This document shows positions 23,670-31,688 of a DNA stretch of 64,000 nucleotides, piece by piece. Under the pieces are notes generated by a model that was not told where the DNA came from, did not search any database, and saw nothing but the letters and a program-made list of their open reading frames with translations. Within the stretch, counting starts at the first letter, position 1; each line of letters opens with the position of its first letter. Made by a program: the position numbers and the translations under genes. The DNA comes from Halomonadaceae bacterium T82-2 (GTDB lineage: Bacteria; Pseudomonadota; Gammaproteobacteria; Pseudomonadales; Halomonadaceae): assembly GCA_001577635.1 (NCBI GenBank), contig LSBP01000003.1:41267-105266 (forward strand). Reading direction: 5' to 3'.

Positions 23670-24923
23670 ATGACGTGGTTGTCGGTAGTTCTGGTGGCAT
23701 TGGCCCTGCTGGCCTTTCTTCTCGTGGCGCTCGAGGACGTCATTCATCTCAACAAGGCCAAGTCGACGCTCCTTCTGGGGACTCTGAGCTGGCTGCTGTT
23801 GTTCATCTTTTCCGGACGCGACAGCGGGTTGACCCTGGAGGCGCTCAACGAAAATCTGCTCGAGATCGCCACCCTGTGGCTGTTCCTGATGGCGGCGATG
23901 ACCTTCGTCGCCTATCTCAATGCCAAGGGCATGATCGCCAACCTGATCTATCGAGTGCTGCCGCAACGCATCGGCGAGCGGGCTCTGCTGCTGCTGACCG
24001 CGGCCTTTGCCTTTGTGTTTTCCTCACTGGCCGACAACATCACGGCCTCCCTGGTATCGCTGACACTGGTGCTGTCATTGCAGCTGCCACCGGAAAAGAC
24101 ACGGCGCTTCGCGGTGATGACGGTCTTTGCCGTCAATTCCGGCGGGGTGGCGCTGATCACCGGCGACGTCACCACGTTGATGATCTTCATCAGTGACAAG
24201 GTCGCCATTCCCGACCTGATGCTGCTGGCGCTGCCGTCGCTCATCGCCGTGCTGGCGCTGGCCCTGATGCTGATGCCCGGCCTGGGCGGCACGGTGACGA
24301 TCCCGCGGGAGCGGCGGCAAACCCGGCGTTCCGATCGCCTGATCGCGGCCATCTTTCTGGTCACCATCCTGGCCACCCTCAGCGGCAACGTGCTGTTCGG
24401 CATTCCGCCGCTGCTGACCTTCCTGTTCGGGCTGTCGGTCATGTTTCTGATCGGCCATTTCGTCGAGCGGCGTTCCGAGGCCGAGGAGCGCCGCGTGCTC
24501 GATTACATTCGCGTCATCGAGTACGACACCCTGCTGTTCTTTCTCGGCATTCTGCTGCTGGTGGGGATGCTCAAGGAGATCGGCGTCCTCGATGTGCTGA
24601 CCCAGGGGTATCGGGTGCTGCCGGTGGAAGGCGCCAACTACGTGATGGGGCTACTGTCGGCACTGGTCGACAACGTGCCGTTGACCGCGGCGCTGTTGAA
24701 GTCGGGCATCGTCATGGCGCGGCCGGACTGGATGGCGCTGACCTACGCGGCCGGCGTGGGCGGCTCGCTGCTGGTGATCGGCTCGGCGGCCGGCATCATC
24801 GCCCTGGCCAAGGTGCGTGTGCTATCGTTCACGGGATATCTGCGTTTTCTGCCGGCCCTGCTGGTAGCCTACAGTCTGGGCTTCGGTGGGGCCTACGCCA
24901 TCGCCTTGGCAACCGGGGGTTGA
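23670..24923 (+). CDS. Na+/H+ antiporter, NhaD/ArsB-type permease
   Basis: 417 aa, about 11-12 TM. N-terminus LEDVIHLNKAKSTLLLGTLSWLLLFI resembles NhaD. AAGGAG SD. Confidence 0.7.
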   Translation: MTWLSVVLVALALLAFLLVALEDVIHLNKAKSTLLLGTLSWLLLFIFSGRDSGLTLEALNENLLEIATLWLFLMAAMTFVAYLNAKGMIANLIYRVLPQRIGERALLLLTAAFAFVFSSLADNITASLVSLTLVLSLQLPPEKTRRFAVMTVFAVNSGGVALITGDVTTLMIFISDKVAIPDLMLLALPSLIAVLALALMLMPGLGGTVTIPRERRQTRRSDRLIAAIFLVTILATLSGNVLFGIPPLLTFLFGLSVMFLIGHFVERRSEAEERRVLDYIRVIEYDTLLFFLGILLLVGMLKEIGVLDVLTQGYRVLPVEGANYVMGLLSALVDNVPLTAALLKSGIVMARPDWMALTYAAGVGGSLLVIGSAAGIIALAKVRVLSFTGYLRFLPALLVAYSLGFGGAYAIALATGG

Positions 24924-24994
24924 ACAAATCCTGATCAGCCGTGCCGATTGCCGTCCTGGCGGCACCGGCGCGGCCTGTCCCCTCATCGCACACA

Positions 24995-25023
24995 GGGTTA
25001 TGCACAGTTTCTGTGCATAACCC
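24995..25023. repeat. Perfect 13-bp-arm palindrome
   Basis: GGGTTATGCACAG-ttt-CTGTGCATAACCC. No flanking T-run. Located 72 nt after the nhaD-like stop. Confidence 0.6.
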
Positions 25024-25107
25024 GAGCCGGCGAAAGCGGACGGATGCGGCTGGTCGTCGCGCCGTCCAGCGACTAGAATCTAGCCACACCTGAAGCCTGT
25101 TGAATTA

Positions 25108-25146
25108 CCGCCTGGCCGAATCGCGAGATTCGGCCAGGCGGTTTTC
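25108..25146 (+). terminator. Strong rho-independent terminator 23 nt upstream of the MFS ATG
   Basis: CCGCCTGGCCGAATC-gcga-GATTCGGCCAGGCGG, a 15-bp perfect stem, followed by TTTTCCTGTTT. A TAGAAT -10-like hexamer lies at 25074-25079. Confidence 0.7.
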
Positions 25147-25168
25147 CTGTTTGCCCTGCCGATAGTGA

Positions 25169-26695
25169 ATGGAGGAGACGGCGTTGCGCAGTCTGCCGGC
25201 GACCCTGCCGATACTTTTCGTGTGCGAGATCAGCTTCCTGCTGGGCCATGGTCTGATCATGACCCTGCTCGGGGTACGGATGTCCCTGGAAGGCTTTCCA
25301 TCGCAGATGGCCGGTCTGCTGATGTCGAGCTTCTCGCTGGGCTTCGTGCTGGGCAGTTACTTCCTGGAAAAGCGCATTCGCTCGGTGGGGCACATCCGTG
25401 TCTTCGCCGCCTGTGCCGCCATGCTGGCGGTCACCGCCATGCTGCACGGGCTGTGGGTCAACCCCTGGGCGTGGCTGGTCTGGCGCGTGGCGGGCGGGGC
25501 CTCCACGGCGGGACTGTTGATGGTGATGGAGTCGTGGGTCTCCGGGGAGTCGACCAACGACAACCGCGGCAAGGTGCTGGGCTGGTATCTGGTGATCTCC
25601 ACGCTGTCGCTGGCCGGCGGGCAGTGGATGCTCAACCTGGCCGACCCGGCGACGATGGTGCTCTTCTCGGTCTCGGGGATGCTGTTCGCGCTGTCGCTGG
25701 TGCCGCTGTCGATCCACCGTATTCACGGGCCGACGCACTCGAGCCATGACACCGCCCACAAGATTCGCTTCAAGGAGCTCTACCGGCGCGCGCCGGTGGG
25801 GCTGGTGGGGGCCTTCACCGCGGGGCTGATGGTCCAGGCCTTCTTCGCCATGACGCCCTATTTCGGCCAGGAGATCGGCCTGTCCACGGCGCAGACGGCC
25901 CAGTTCATGGCCACCACCACGCTGGTGGCGCTGTTCGCCCAGTGGTTCCTGGGGCGTGTCTCCGACCGGCTCGACCGGCGCAAGGTGATTCTCTGCATGG
26001 CCGGGGTGATGGCCATCACCGGGGCCTTCATCTCGGCGGCGGCAGGACACAGCTATCTCGTCCTGCTGGTGGTGGCCTGCTTCCACACTGCCATGCTGCA
26101 TACGCTCTATTCGCTGAGTCTGGCGCATACCAACGACTGGCTGGAGCCGTCCGAGATCATCGCCGCGAACTCCAAGCTGATGATCTGGTACGGGGTCGGG
26201 TCGATTGTCGGGCCGTTCAGCGCGTCGCTGGTGATGCAGGTCGTGGGGCCCGAGGGGCTGTGGCTCTTCCTCGGCTCGGCCGCGCTGGCGCTGGCGATGT
26301 TCGTCATGGTGCGCCTGCACGGCACGCAGACCGACAAGGCGCCCGAGGTCGAGCAGGAGCCCTACGCGCCCATGCCGATGATGGAAACGCCGCACTATCA
26401 CAGCGAACTCGACACCCGCTATGACCCCCAGCAGCTCGAGTTCGACTTCGAGTTCTACGAGTATGAGCTGGAGGATGTGCCTGACGCCGAGGTGGAGACC
26501 ACGGCGTCAGCCGACGAGGCCGAGTCGGCTGACGCGGCGGACGAGACCGGCACGTCGGAGGACGAGTCGATGGGCGAGGAGCCGGCCCACGAGGACGAGG
26601 AAGGCGACGAGGCGATTCAGCAGCGCGGCGAGTCGTGGCACGAGAACGAACACGAGCCGGCCTCGGCGGCGCCTTCGGCACCCCGGGCGGGGTGA
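25169..26695 (+). CDS. MFS transporter with an acidic C-terminal extension of about 125 aa
   Basis: 12-TM MFS core (GRVSDRLDRRKV loop motif), then a tail rich in Asp/Glu. The ATG at 25169 lacks an SD. An in-frame TTG at 25184 sits 6 nt after GGAGGAG and may be the true start. Confidence 0.8.
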   Translation: MEETALRSLPATLPILFVCEISFLLGHGLIMTLLGVRMSLEGFPSQMAGLLMSSFSLGFVLGSYFLEKRIRSVGHIRVFAACAAMLAVTAMLHGLWVNPWAWLVWRVAGGASTAGLLMVMESWVSGESTNDNRGKVLGWYLVISTLSLAGGQWMLNLADPATMVLFSVSGMLFALSLVPLSIHRIHGPTHSSHDTAHKIRFKELYRRAPVGLVGAFTAGLMVQAFFAMTPYFGQEIGLSTAQTAQFMATTTLVALFAQWFLGRVSDRLDRRKVILCMAGVMAITGAFISAAAGHSYLVLLVVACFHTAMLHTLYSLSLAHTNDWLEPSEIIAANSKLMIWYGVGSIVGPFSASLVMQVVGPEGLWLFLGSAALALAMFVMVRLHGTQTDKAPEVEQEPYAPMPMMETPHYHSELDTRYDPQQLEFDFEFYEYELEDVPDAEVETTASADEAESADAADETGTSEDESMGEEPAHEDEEGDEAIQQRGESWHENEHEPASAAPSAPRAG

Positions 26696-26717
26696 CCGGG
26701 GACGCGTCGAGCGTGGC

Positions 26718-27485
26718 TCAGGCGATCTCGCAGCGGGTATGCTCGGGCAGCAGCAGTTCGGCGGCCCTTTCCTGGTGTCCCGGCAGGCTGCGCTGGACCA
26801 GTGCCAGGCCGCCAGGCACGATTCGATGCTCGTCACCCTCGGCGAAGGCCAGGCGTCGCGAGGCGGCGGTATAGTAGCGGTAGTCCAGCAGCGGCGAGAC
26901 CGGAAAGAGCCCGTGGCGCCGGTCGTCGCTGCCCGGCAGGCCGGCCTGCCGCAGCTGCCGGTCGAGTCCCGCCAGCGGCTGGCCGAGCCGTTCGCAGTCG
27001 AGCCCGGCGTGATGCAGGCGTGGGCCGAGCGCCGCGATCCAGGCGGCCAGCGGATGGGCTCGGAGCAGTTGCTGGTAGGTGGCCCAGTCGGGCATCGGCC
27101 AGGGGCGGCCGCGGCACAGCAGGTTCTGGCCTCGGCAGTCGGCGGGGTGGGCGGCACCGATCAGGGCTTCCAGCTGGCGGCGCGGCTCCCGGGTCAGGGC
27201 GCCGGGCTGCAGCTCCACCAGCAGCAGCCAGGCGCCGTCGTCGTCCGGCGTCAGGCAGGAGACCAGCACGCCGCGATCGGCCATGGCGTACTGGCCGGCC
27301 CGCCGGTAGCCGAAATGCGCGAGCGTGGGCAGCAATGCCTCGGAACTGAAGGGGCCGTGGTTGAGTGTCACGATCGCCAGGTATTCGGCGCTCGGTACCC
27401 GTGACCAGAGGTCCAGGGCGGCCAGGTCCGGGTTCAGGTGAACGTAGTCCAGCCACAGCTGCTGCAGAAACTCTTCGCGTTGCAT
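26718..27485 (-). CDS. DUF1338-like (VOC-fold, HglS/YdcJ-related) protein, short form
   Basis: 255 aa, MQREEFLQQLWLDYVHLNPD...NHGPFSSEALLPTLAHFGYRR. The N-terminal layout resembles DUF1338 proteins. Assignment is by recollection of family features, not a search. Confidence 0.55.
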   Translation of the reverse strand: MQREEFLQQLWLDYVHLNPDLAALDLWSRVPSAEYLAIVTLNHGPFSSEALLPTLAHFGYRRAGQYAMADRGVLVSCLTPDDDGAWLLLVELQPGALTREPRRQLEALIGAAHPADCRGQNLLCRGRPWPMPDWATYQQLLRAHPLAAWIAALGPRLHHAGLDCERLGQPLAGLDRQLRQAGLPGSDDRRHGLFPVSPLLDYRYYTAASRRLAFAEGDEHRIVPGGLALVQRSLPGHQERAAELLLPEHTRCEIA

Positions 27486-27558
27486 GATCGGAGGTCTCCC
27501 TGTGATGCCTCCGAAGTATAGGCAGTGCCGCCCGGGGGCCATTCAACGCCCCGCCTCG

Positions 27559-28737
27559 TCAGGCGGGGGCGGCGGGAGAGGCCGGCAGGCAGGCCAGCGT
27601 TGAACGTCGAATTTCCGCTTCCTCGTCGGCCGCGACGATGCCGATGGCCGGCCCGCCGCCGCGGTCCAGCCGTGGCGCATGACGCGCATTGGCCGCGTCG
27701 TCGAGCTTGATGCCCAGCCAGGCGAGGTCGTGGCACACGGCCTGGCGGATCGGCGCGGCATGCTCGCCGATGCCGGCGGTGAAGATCAGGGCGTCCAGGC
27801 CGCCGAGCAGGGCGACCAGCCCGCCGATTTCCCGGACCACCCGACGCACGAAGAGCGCGACCGCCTCCGCGGCGGCCGGGGCGTCACTGGCCAGCAGATC
27901 ACGCATGTCATCGGACAGTCCCGAGACCCCGTAGAGCCCGCTGTCATGGTAGAGCAGGTGCTCGATCTCGTCGGCGCGCCAGCCCTTCTGCTGCAGCAGG
28001 TAGAGAATCACGCCGGGGTCGAGGTTGCCCGCCCGGCGCCCCATCATCAGCCCGTCGAGCGCGGTGAAGCCCATGGTGGTGGCCTGACTTTGCCCATCCG
28101 CGAGGGCGCACAGGCTGCAGCCGTGACCCAGGTGGGCGATGATCACGCGGCCCCGATGGCGCTCGCCGATCAGCTCGGGCAGCTGGCGCACGGCGTGGGC
28201 GTAGGACAGTCCGTGAAAACCGTAGCGCAGAATGCCCTCCTCGGTCAGCCGGCGCGGCAGCGCGAAGCACTGGTTCAGCCAGGGCTGGCTGCGATGGAAG
28301 GCGGTGTCGAAGCAGGCCACCTGCGGCAGGGTGGGCCAGTGAGCGTGCAGGGCGTCGATCAGCGCCAGCGCCGGTGGCTGATGCAGGGGCGCCAGCGGGA
28401 TCAGTTCGCGCAGCTCGTCGACCACGGCCGGTTCCAGCAGGCAGGGCGCGGCGTGGTGGCGACCGCCGTGCACGACGCGATGTCCCACGGCGCTCAGCGG
28501 CACGTCGCCGAACTGCGCCTCGAGCCAGTCAAGCAGCGGCGCAATCACGGCGGCGTGCCCGGTTCCCGTCAGGCGGGGCAAGGCGTCACTGGGCGTCGTG
28601 GCGCCGTCGAGCACCAGATGCGGCGCCTCGTTGATGCGCTCGATGGTACCGCGGACCCGGCAGCGCTCGTCATGGAAGAGCGCGACCTTCAGCGACGACG
28701 AGCCGGCGTTGAGGGCGAGAACGGCGCGCGAGGTCAT
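27559..28737 (-). CDS. ackA: Acetate (or propionate) kinase
   Basis: 392 aa. VLALNAGSSSLKVALF, GHRVVHGG, CFDTAFH, RYGFHGLSY and FTAGIGE are ASKHA acetate-kinase motifs. The ATG overlaps the upstream stop as ATGA. Confidence 0.85.
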   Translation of the reverse strand: MTSRAVLALNAGSSSLKVALFHDERCRVRGTIERINEAPHLVLDGATTPSDALPRLTGTGHAAVIAPLLDWLEAQFGDVPLSAVGHRVVHGGRHHAAPCLLEPAVVDELRELIPLAPLHQPPALALIDALHAHWPTLPQVACFDTAFHRSQPWLNQCFALPRRLTEEGILRYGFHGLSYAHAVRQLPELIGERHRGRVIIAHLGHGCSLCALADGQSQATTMGFTALDGLMMGRRAGNLDPGVILYLLQQKGWRADEIEHLLYHDSGLYGVSGLSDDMRDLLASDAPAAAEAVALFVRRVVREIGGLVALLGGLDALIFTAGIGEHAAPIRQAVCHDLAWLGIKLDDAANARHAPRLDRGGGPAIGIVAADEEAEIRRSTLACLPASPAAPA

Positions 28738-29684
28738 GGTGTGCGCCCCCGATGCACCACCAGGCAGGCCAGCGCGGCGGAGGCCAGCCGGCTGGCAGTG
28801 GTGTCGCTGCGGCTGGTCAGCATGATCGGTACCCGCGCGCCCATGACCAGCCCCGCCGCCTGGGCACCGGCCAGGTGGATGAGCAGCTTGGCGATCATGT
28901 TGGCGGATTCGAGGTCGGGGCACATCAGGATGTCGGCATGGCCGGCGACCGCCGAGGTCAGGCCCTTGGTGCGGGCGGCCTGCTCGGAGACCGCATTGTC
29001 GATGGCCAGCGGGCCGTCGAGATCGCCGCCGGTGATCTGGCCGCGCTGGCTCATCTTGCACAGGGCGGCGGCGTCGAGGGTCGAGGGTATGCGTGGATTG
29101 ACGGTTTCCACGGCGGACAGGATCGCTACCCGCGGGCAGTCGAGCCCGAGGGCATGGGCGAGGTCGATGGCATTCTGGATGATATCCCGCTTGGCGGTGA
29201 GGTCGGGCTGGATGTGCAGGGCGCCGTCGGTGATCAGCAACGGCCGTGGATAGCTGGCGACGTCGAGTGCGTAGATGTGGCTCATCTGGCGTTCGGTGCG
29301 CAGCCCGGCCTCGGTGGCGAGGACGGCGCTCATCAGCTCGTCGGTATGCAGCGCCCCTTTCATCAGGGCGTGAACCTCGTTGCGGGCGGCGAGCGACACG
29401 CCGGTGTCGGCGGAGGCGTGACTGTGGGGAGTGTCGACGATGGTCAGATTCGACAGCGATTCGCCGAGGGTCCGCGCGGTCTCGAGAATGCGTGCCCTGG
29501 GGCCGACCAGCAGCGGCTCGATCAACCCCTGGCGCCAGGCTGCCAGCGCGCCACCCAGGGAGAGCGCATCGCAGGGGTGCACCACGGCGGTGCGGATGGG
29601 GGGGTAGCCACGGGTCGCGTCGATCAGTTGCCGGTGGCGATCACCGACGGCAGGGCCGTGAGGCAGTGTGCCTTGATCCGCCAT
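28734..29684 (-). CDS. pta: Phosphate acetyl/butyryl-transferase, short (PTA_PTB-only) form
   Basis: 316 aa. AVVHPCD, LMKGALHTDELM, ITDGALHIQPD and DILMCPDLESANMIAKLL match the PTA_PTB catalytic domain. There is no N-terminal DRTGG/AAA region as in E. coli Pta. Confidence 0.75.
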   Translation of the reverse strand: MADQGTLPHGPAVGDRHRQLIDATRGYPPIRTAVVHPCDALSLGGALAAWRQGLIEPLLVGPRARILETARTLGESLSNLTIVDTPHSHASADTGVSLAARNEVHALMKGALHTDELMSAVLATEAGLRTERQMSHIYALDVASYPRPLLITDGALHIQPDLTAKRDIIQNAIDLAHALGLDCPRVAILSAVETVNPRIPSTLDAAALCKMSQRGQITGGDLDGPLAIDNAVSEQAARTKGLTSAVAGHADILMCPDLESANMIAKLLIHLAGAQAAGLVMGARVPIMLTSRSDTTASRLASAALACLVVHRGRTP

Positions 29685-29849
29685 GCTCGAGTCTCCGTCA
29701 TGCCGGGCGTCGCCCGGGAATGCCACGACTCTAGGCGGGAATCGGCGCGCCGACCAGCACAGATGCGCCTCTGTTGACCTGGGTCACATGCAGGGGGCGC
29801 GAATCAAGAACGCCGGCTCGAGGCCGGCGCAGGAAGGGCAGGCGGCAGC

Positions 29850-30125
29850 TCAGTTGACCGGGGTTTCCGGCATCAGCTGATTGTCGCGCACGTACTGGTC
29901 GAACTCGGTGAAGCCGCCGATGTGGGTCTGGTCGACGAAGATCTGCGGCACGGTCTCCACCGGCTTGCCGATGGTCTTCTCCATGTCGGCCTTGGTAATG
30001 CCTTCTTCATGGATGTCGATGTAGCGATAGTTGAAATCATCGCGGGCGTTGGTAAGTTGCTCGGCCAGTTCCTTGGCGCGTACGCAGAACGGGCAGCCGG
30101 CGCGTCCGAAGATGACTGTCAGCAT
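29850..30125 (-). CDS. grxA: Glutaredoxin 1
   Basis: 91 aa, near-colinear with E. coli GrxA (TVIFGR.GCP.CVRAK.LAE.L...RDDF.Y.Y.DI..EGITK.D......GKPVETVPQIF.DQ.HIGG). The active site is CPFC. Confidence 0.85.
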   Translation of the reverse strand: MLTVIFGRAGCPFCVRAKELAEQLTNARDDFNYRYIDIHEEGITKADMEKTIGKPVETVPQIFVDQTHIGGFTEFDQYVRDNQLMPETPVN

Positions 30126-30208
30126 GGGATCTCCTTTATGACGAGAAGCCTGGGTGTTGGATCATTGAATCTGGGGCGCATTGTTTCGCATTCGGCGCGC
30201 GAGGACCA

Positions 30209-30245
30209 ATAGAGTCTCGCTACGCCGATTATTGCATGCCTTTAT
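30209..30245. promoter_or_regulatory. Candidate OxyR binding site upstream of grxA
   Basis: ATAG-N7-CTAC-N7-ATTG-N7-TTAT matches 13 of 16 positions of the OxyR tetrad consensus ATAG-N7-CTAT-N7-ATAG-N7-CTAT with exact spacing. Lies 84-120 nt upstream of the grxA ATG. Confidence 0.35.
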
Positions 30246-30254
30246 GGGGCCGGG

Positions 30255-31082
30255 TCATTCCGCGTCGGGCGACAGGCGGCCTTCGTCGGCACGCTGCAGC
30301 AGATTGCGAAGGGCAACATAGATATCCGGCGCCGCGGCGACGATATGCTCGCCGTAAAGCTCGTCGGGGATGCCCTCGGGAGCCGGGTAGACATGGCCGG
30401 TGCGGGCGCCGGCCTCACGGGCGATCAGCAGCCCGGCGGCGAAATCCCAGGGCGAGACGCTTTCATAGTAGGCATCGAGCCGTCCGCAGGCCACGTTGCA
30501 CAGGTCGAGGGCGGCGGAGCCGCAGCGCCGTACGTCCTGACAGTGCTGCATGACCGCCGAGAAGCGGCGCAGCAGCGGCTGGCGGCCGTCGCGGCGATAG
30601 GGAAAGCCGGTGGCAATCAGGCTGCTCTCGAGCCGGCTGGCCAGGCTGGTGCGGATGCGGGCCTGGTTGCGCCAGGCGCCTTCGCCGCGGATGGCCACGA
30701 AGGTCTCGCCCAGGAAGGGCGCGTGTACCACGCCGATCTGCACGCGGCCGTCCACCGCCCAGGCAATCGACACCGCGACATGGGGAAATCCCCGGGCGAA
30801 GTTCACCGTGCCGTCGATCGGGTCGACGACCCACAGCGGCCCCTTGCGCCCCAGGGCTTCGCGGTCGGGAGCGATTTCCTCGCTGAGCCGGGCGTCGTCG
30901 GGAAAGTGCTGCTGCAGGCGTTCGCTGATCCACTCGTCGACCGCCACATCGGTGTCGGTGACCAGTTCCGTGCCTTTCTTGTAGCGCTGTGAGAAGCGCT
31001 GGCTATCACGAGCGGCCAGGATCTCCTGGCCGGCGCCTTCGGCGATCTCGGTCGCGATGGCGAGCCGCTCGGCTAGCTGCAT
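30255..31082 (-). CDS. Inositol monophosphatase family protein (SuhB-like)
   Basis: 275 aa. The EE...WVVDPIDGT.NF and WD.AAG motifs of the IMPase superfamily are present. AGGAGG SD. Confidence 0.85.
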   Translation of the reverse strand: MQLAERLAIATEIAEGAGQEILAARDSQRFSQRYKKGTELVTDTDVAVDEWISERLQQHFPDDARLSEEIAPDREALGRKGPLWVVDPIDGTVNFARGFPHVAVSIAWAVDGRVQIGVVHAPFLGETFVAIRGEGAWRNQARIRTSLASRLESSLIATGFPYRRDGRQPLLRRFSAVMQHCQDVRRCGSAALDLCNVACGRLDAYYESVSPWDFAAGLLIAREAGARTGHVYPAPEGIPDELYGEHIVAAAPDIYVALRNLLQRADEGRLSPDAE

Positions 31083-31118
31083 GAAACCTCCTGGGGTTGG
31101 TGGCGATACGGGAAGCCG

Positions 31119-31655
31119 TCAGCGTCGCACCGGGCGCTTCTGCAGCTTGCGCTGCAGGGTGCGGCGATGCATGCCCAGCGCCCGGGCCGTGGCGGAGATG
31201 TTGCCGTCGTGTTCCTGCAGCACCTTCTGGATGTGTTCCCAGGTGACGCGGTTGATCGACGGCGGATTGTCGGCGATGTCGATGTCGGGGTCGCCGGTCT
31301 CGCGGTTGAAGGCGGTCAGCACCTCGTCGGCGTCGACGGGCTTGCACAGGTAGTTCACCGCGCCGAGCTTGATGGCTTCCACGGCGGTGGCGATGCTCGA
31401 GTAGCCGGTCAGCACTACCACGCGGCACTGCGGGGCCACGGCCAGCAACTCCGGCAGCAGCTTGAGCCCCGAGCCGTGCTCGAGCTTGAGATCCAGGGTG
31501 GCGAGCTGCGGCGGCGAGCGCCGGGCCAGCTCCAGCGCCTGCTCCTCATCCGTGGCCACCAGCACCTCGAAGCCACGCCGGCTGAAGGCACGTTCCATGA
31601 CATGGCAGAACATCTCGTCGTCATCGACGATCATCAGGCGTTCGGCAGTTTGCAT
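31119..31655 (-). CDS. regA: Redox response regulator, RegA/PrrA/ActR (RoxR) type
   Basis: 178 aa. REC domain (IVDDD...DLKL) plus the highly conserved C-terminal Fis-type HTH NISATARALGMHRRTLQRKLQKRP characteristic of RegA. Confidence 0.8.
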   Translation of the reverse strand: MQTAERLMIVDDDEMFCHVMERAFSRRGFEVLVATDEEQALELARRSPPQLATLDLKLEHGSGLKLLPELLAVAPQCRVVVLTGYSSIATAVEAIKLGAVNYLCKPVDADEVLTAFNRETGDPDIDIADNPPSINRVTWEHIQKVLQEHDGNISATARALGMHRRTLQRKLQKRPVRR

Positions 31656-31688
31656 AGCAGCGTTCCGTGTCGTAGGGCAATGCCGGCG

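Noticed and set aside
29811-29829. Hairpin CGCCGGC-tcgag-GCCGGCG downstream of grxA as a terminator. Similar weak hairpins lie at 44686-44708 after the fumarase gene and at 43027-43045.
   Set aside because: The stems are short or loop-less and there is no convincing U-tract. They are plausible but not strong enough to list as features.
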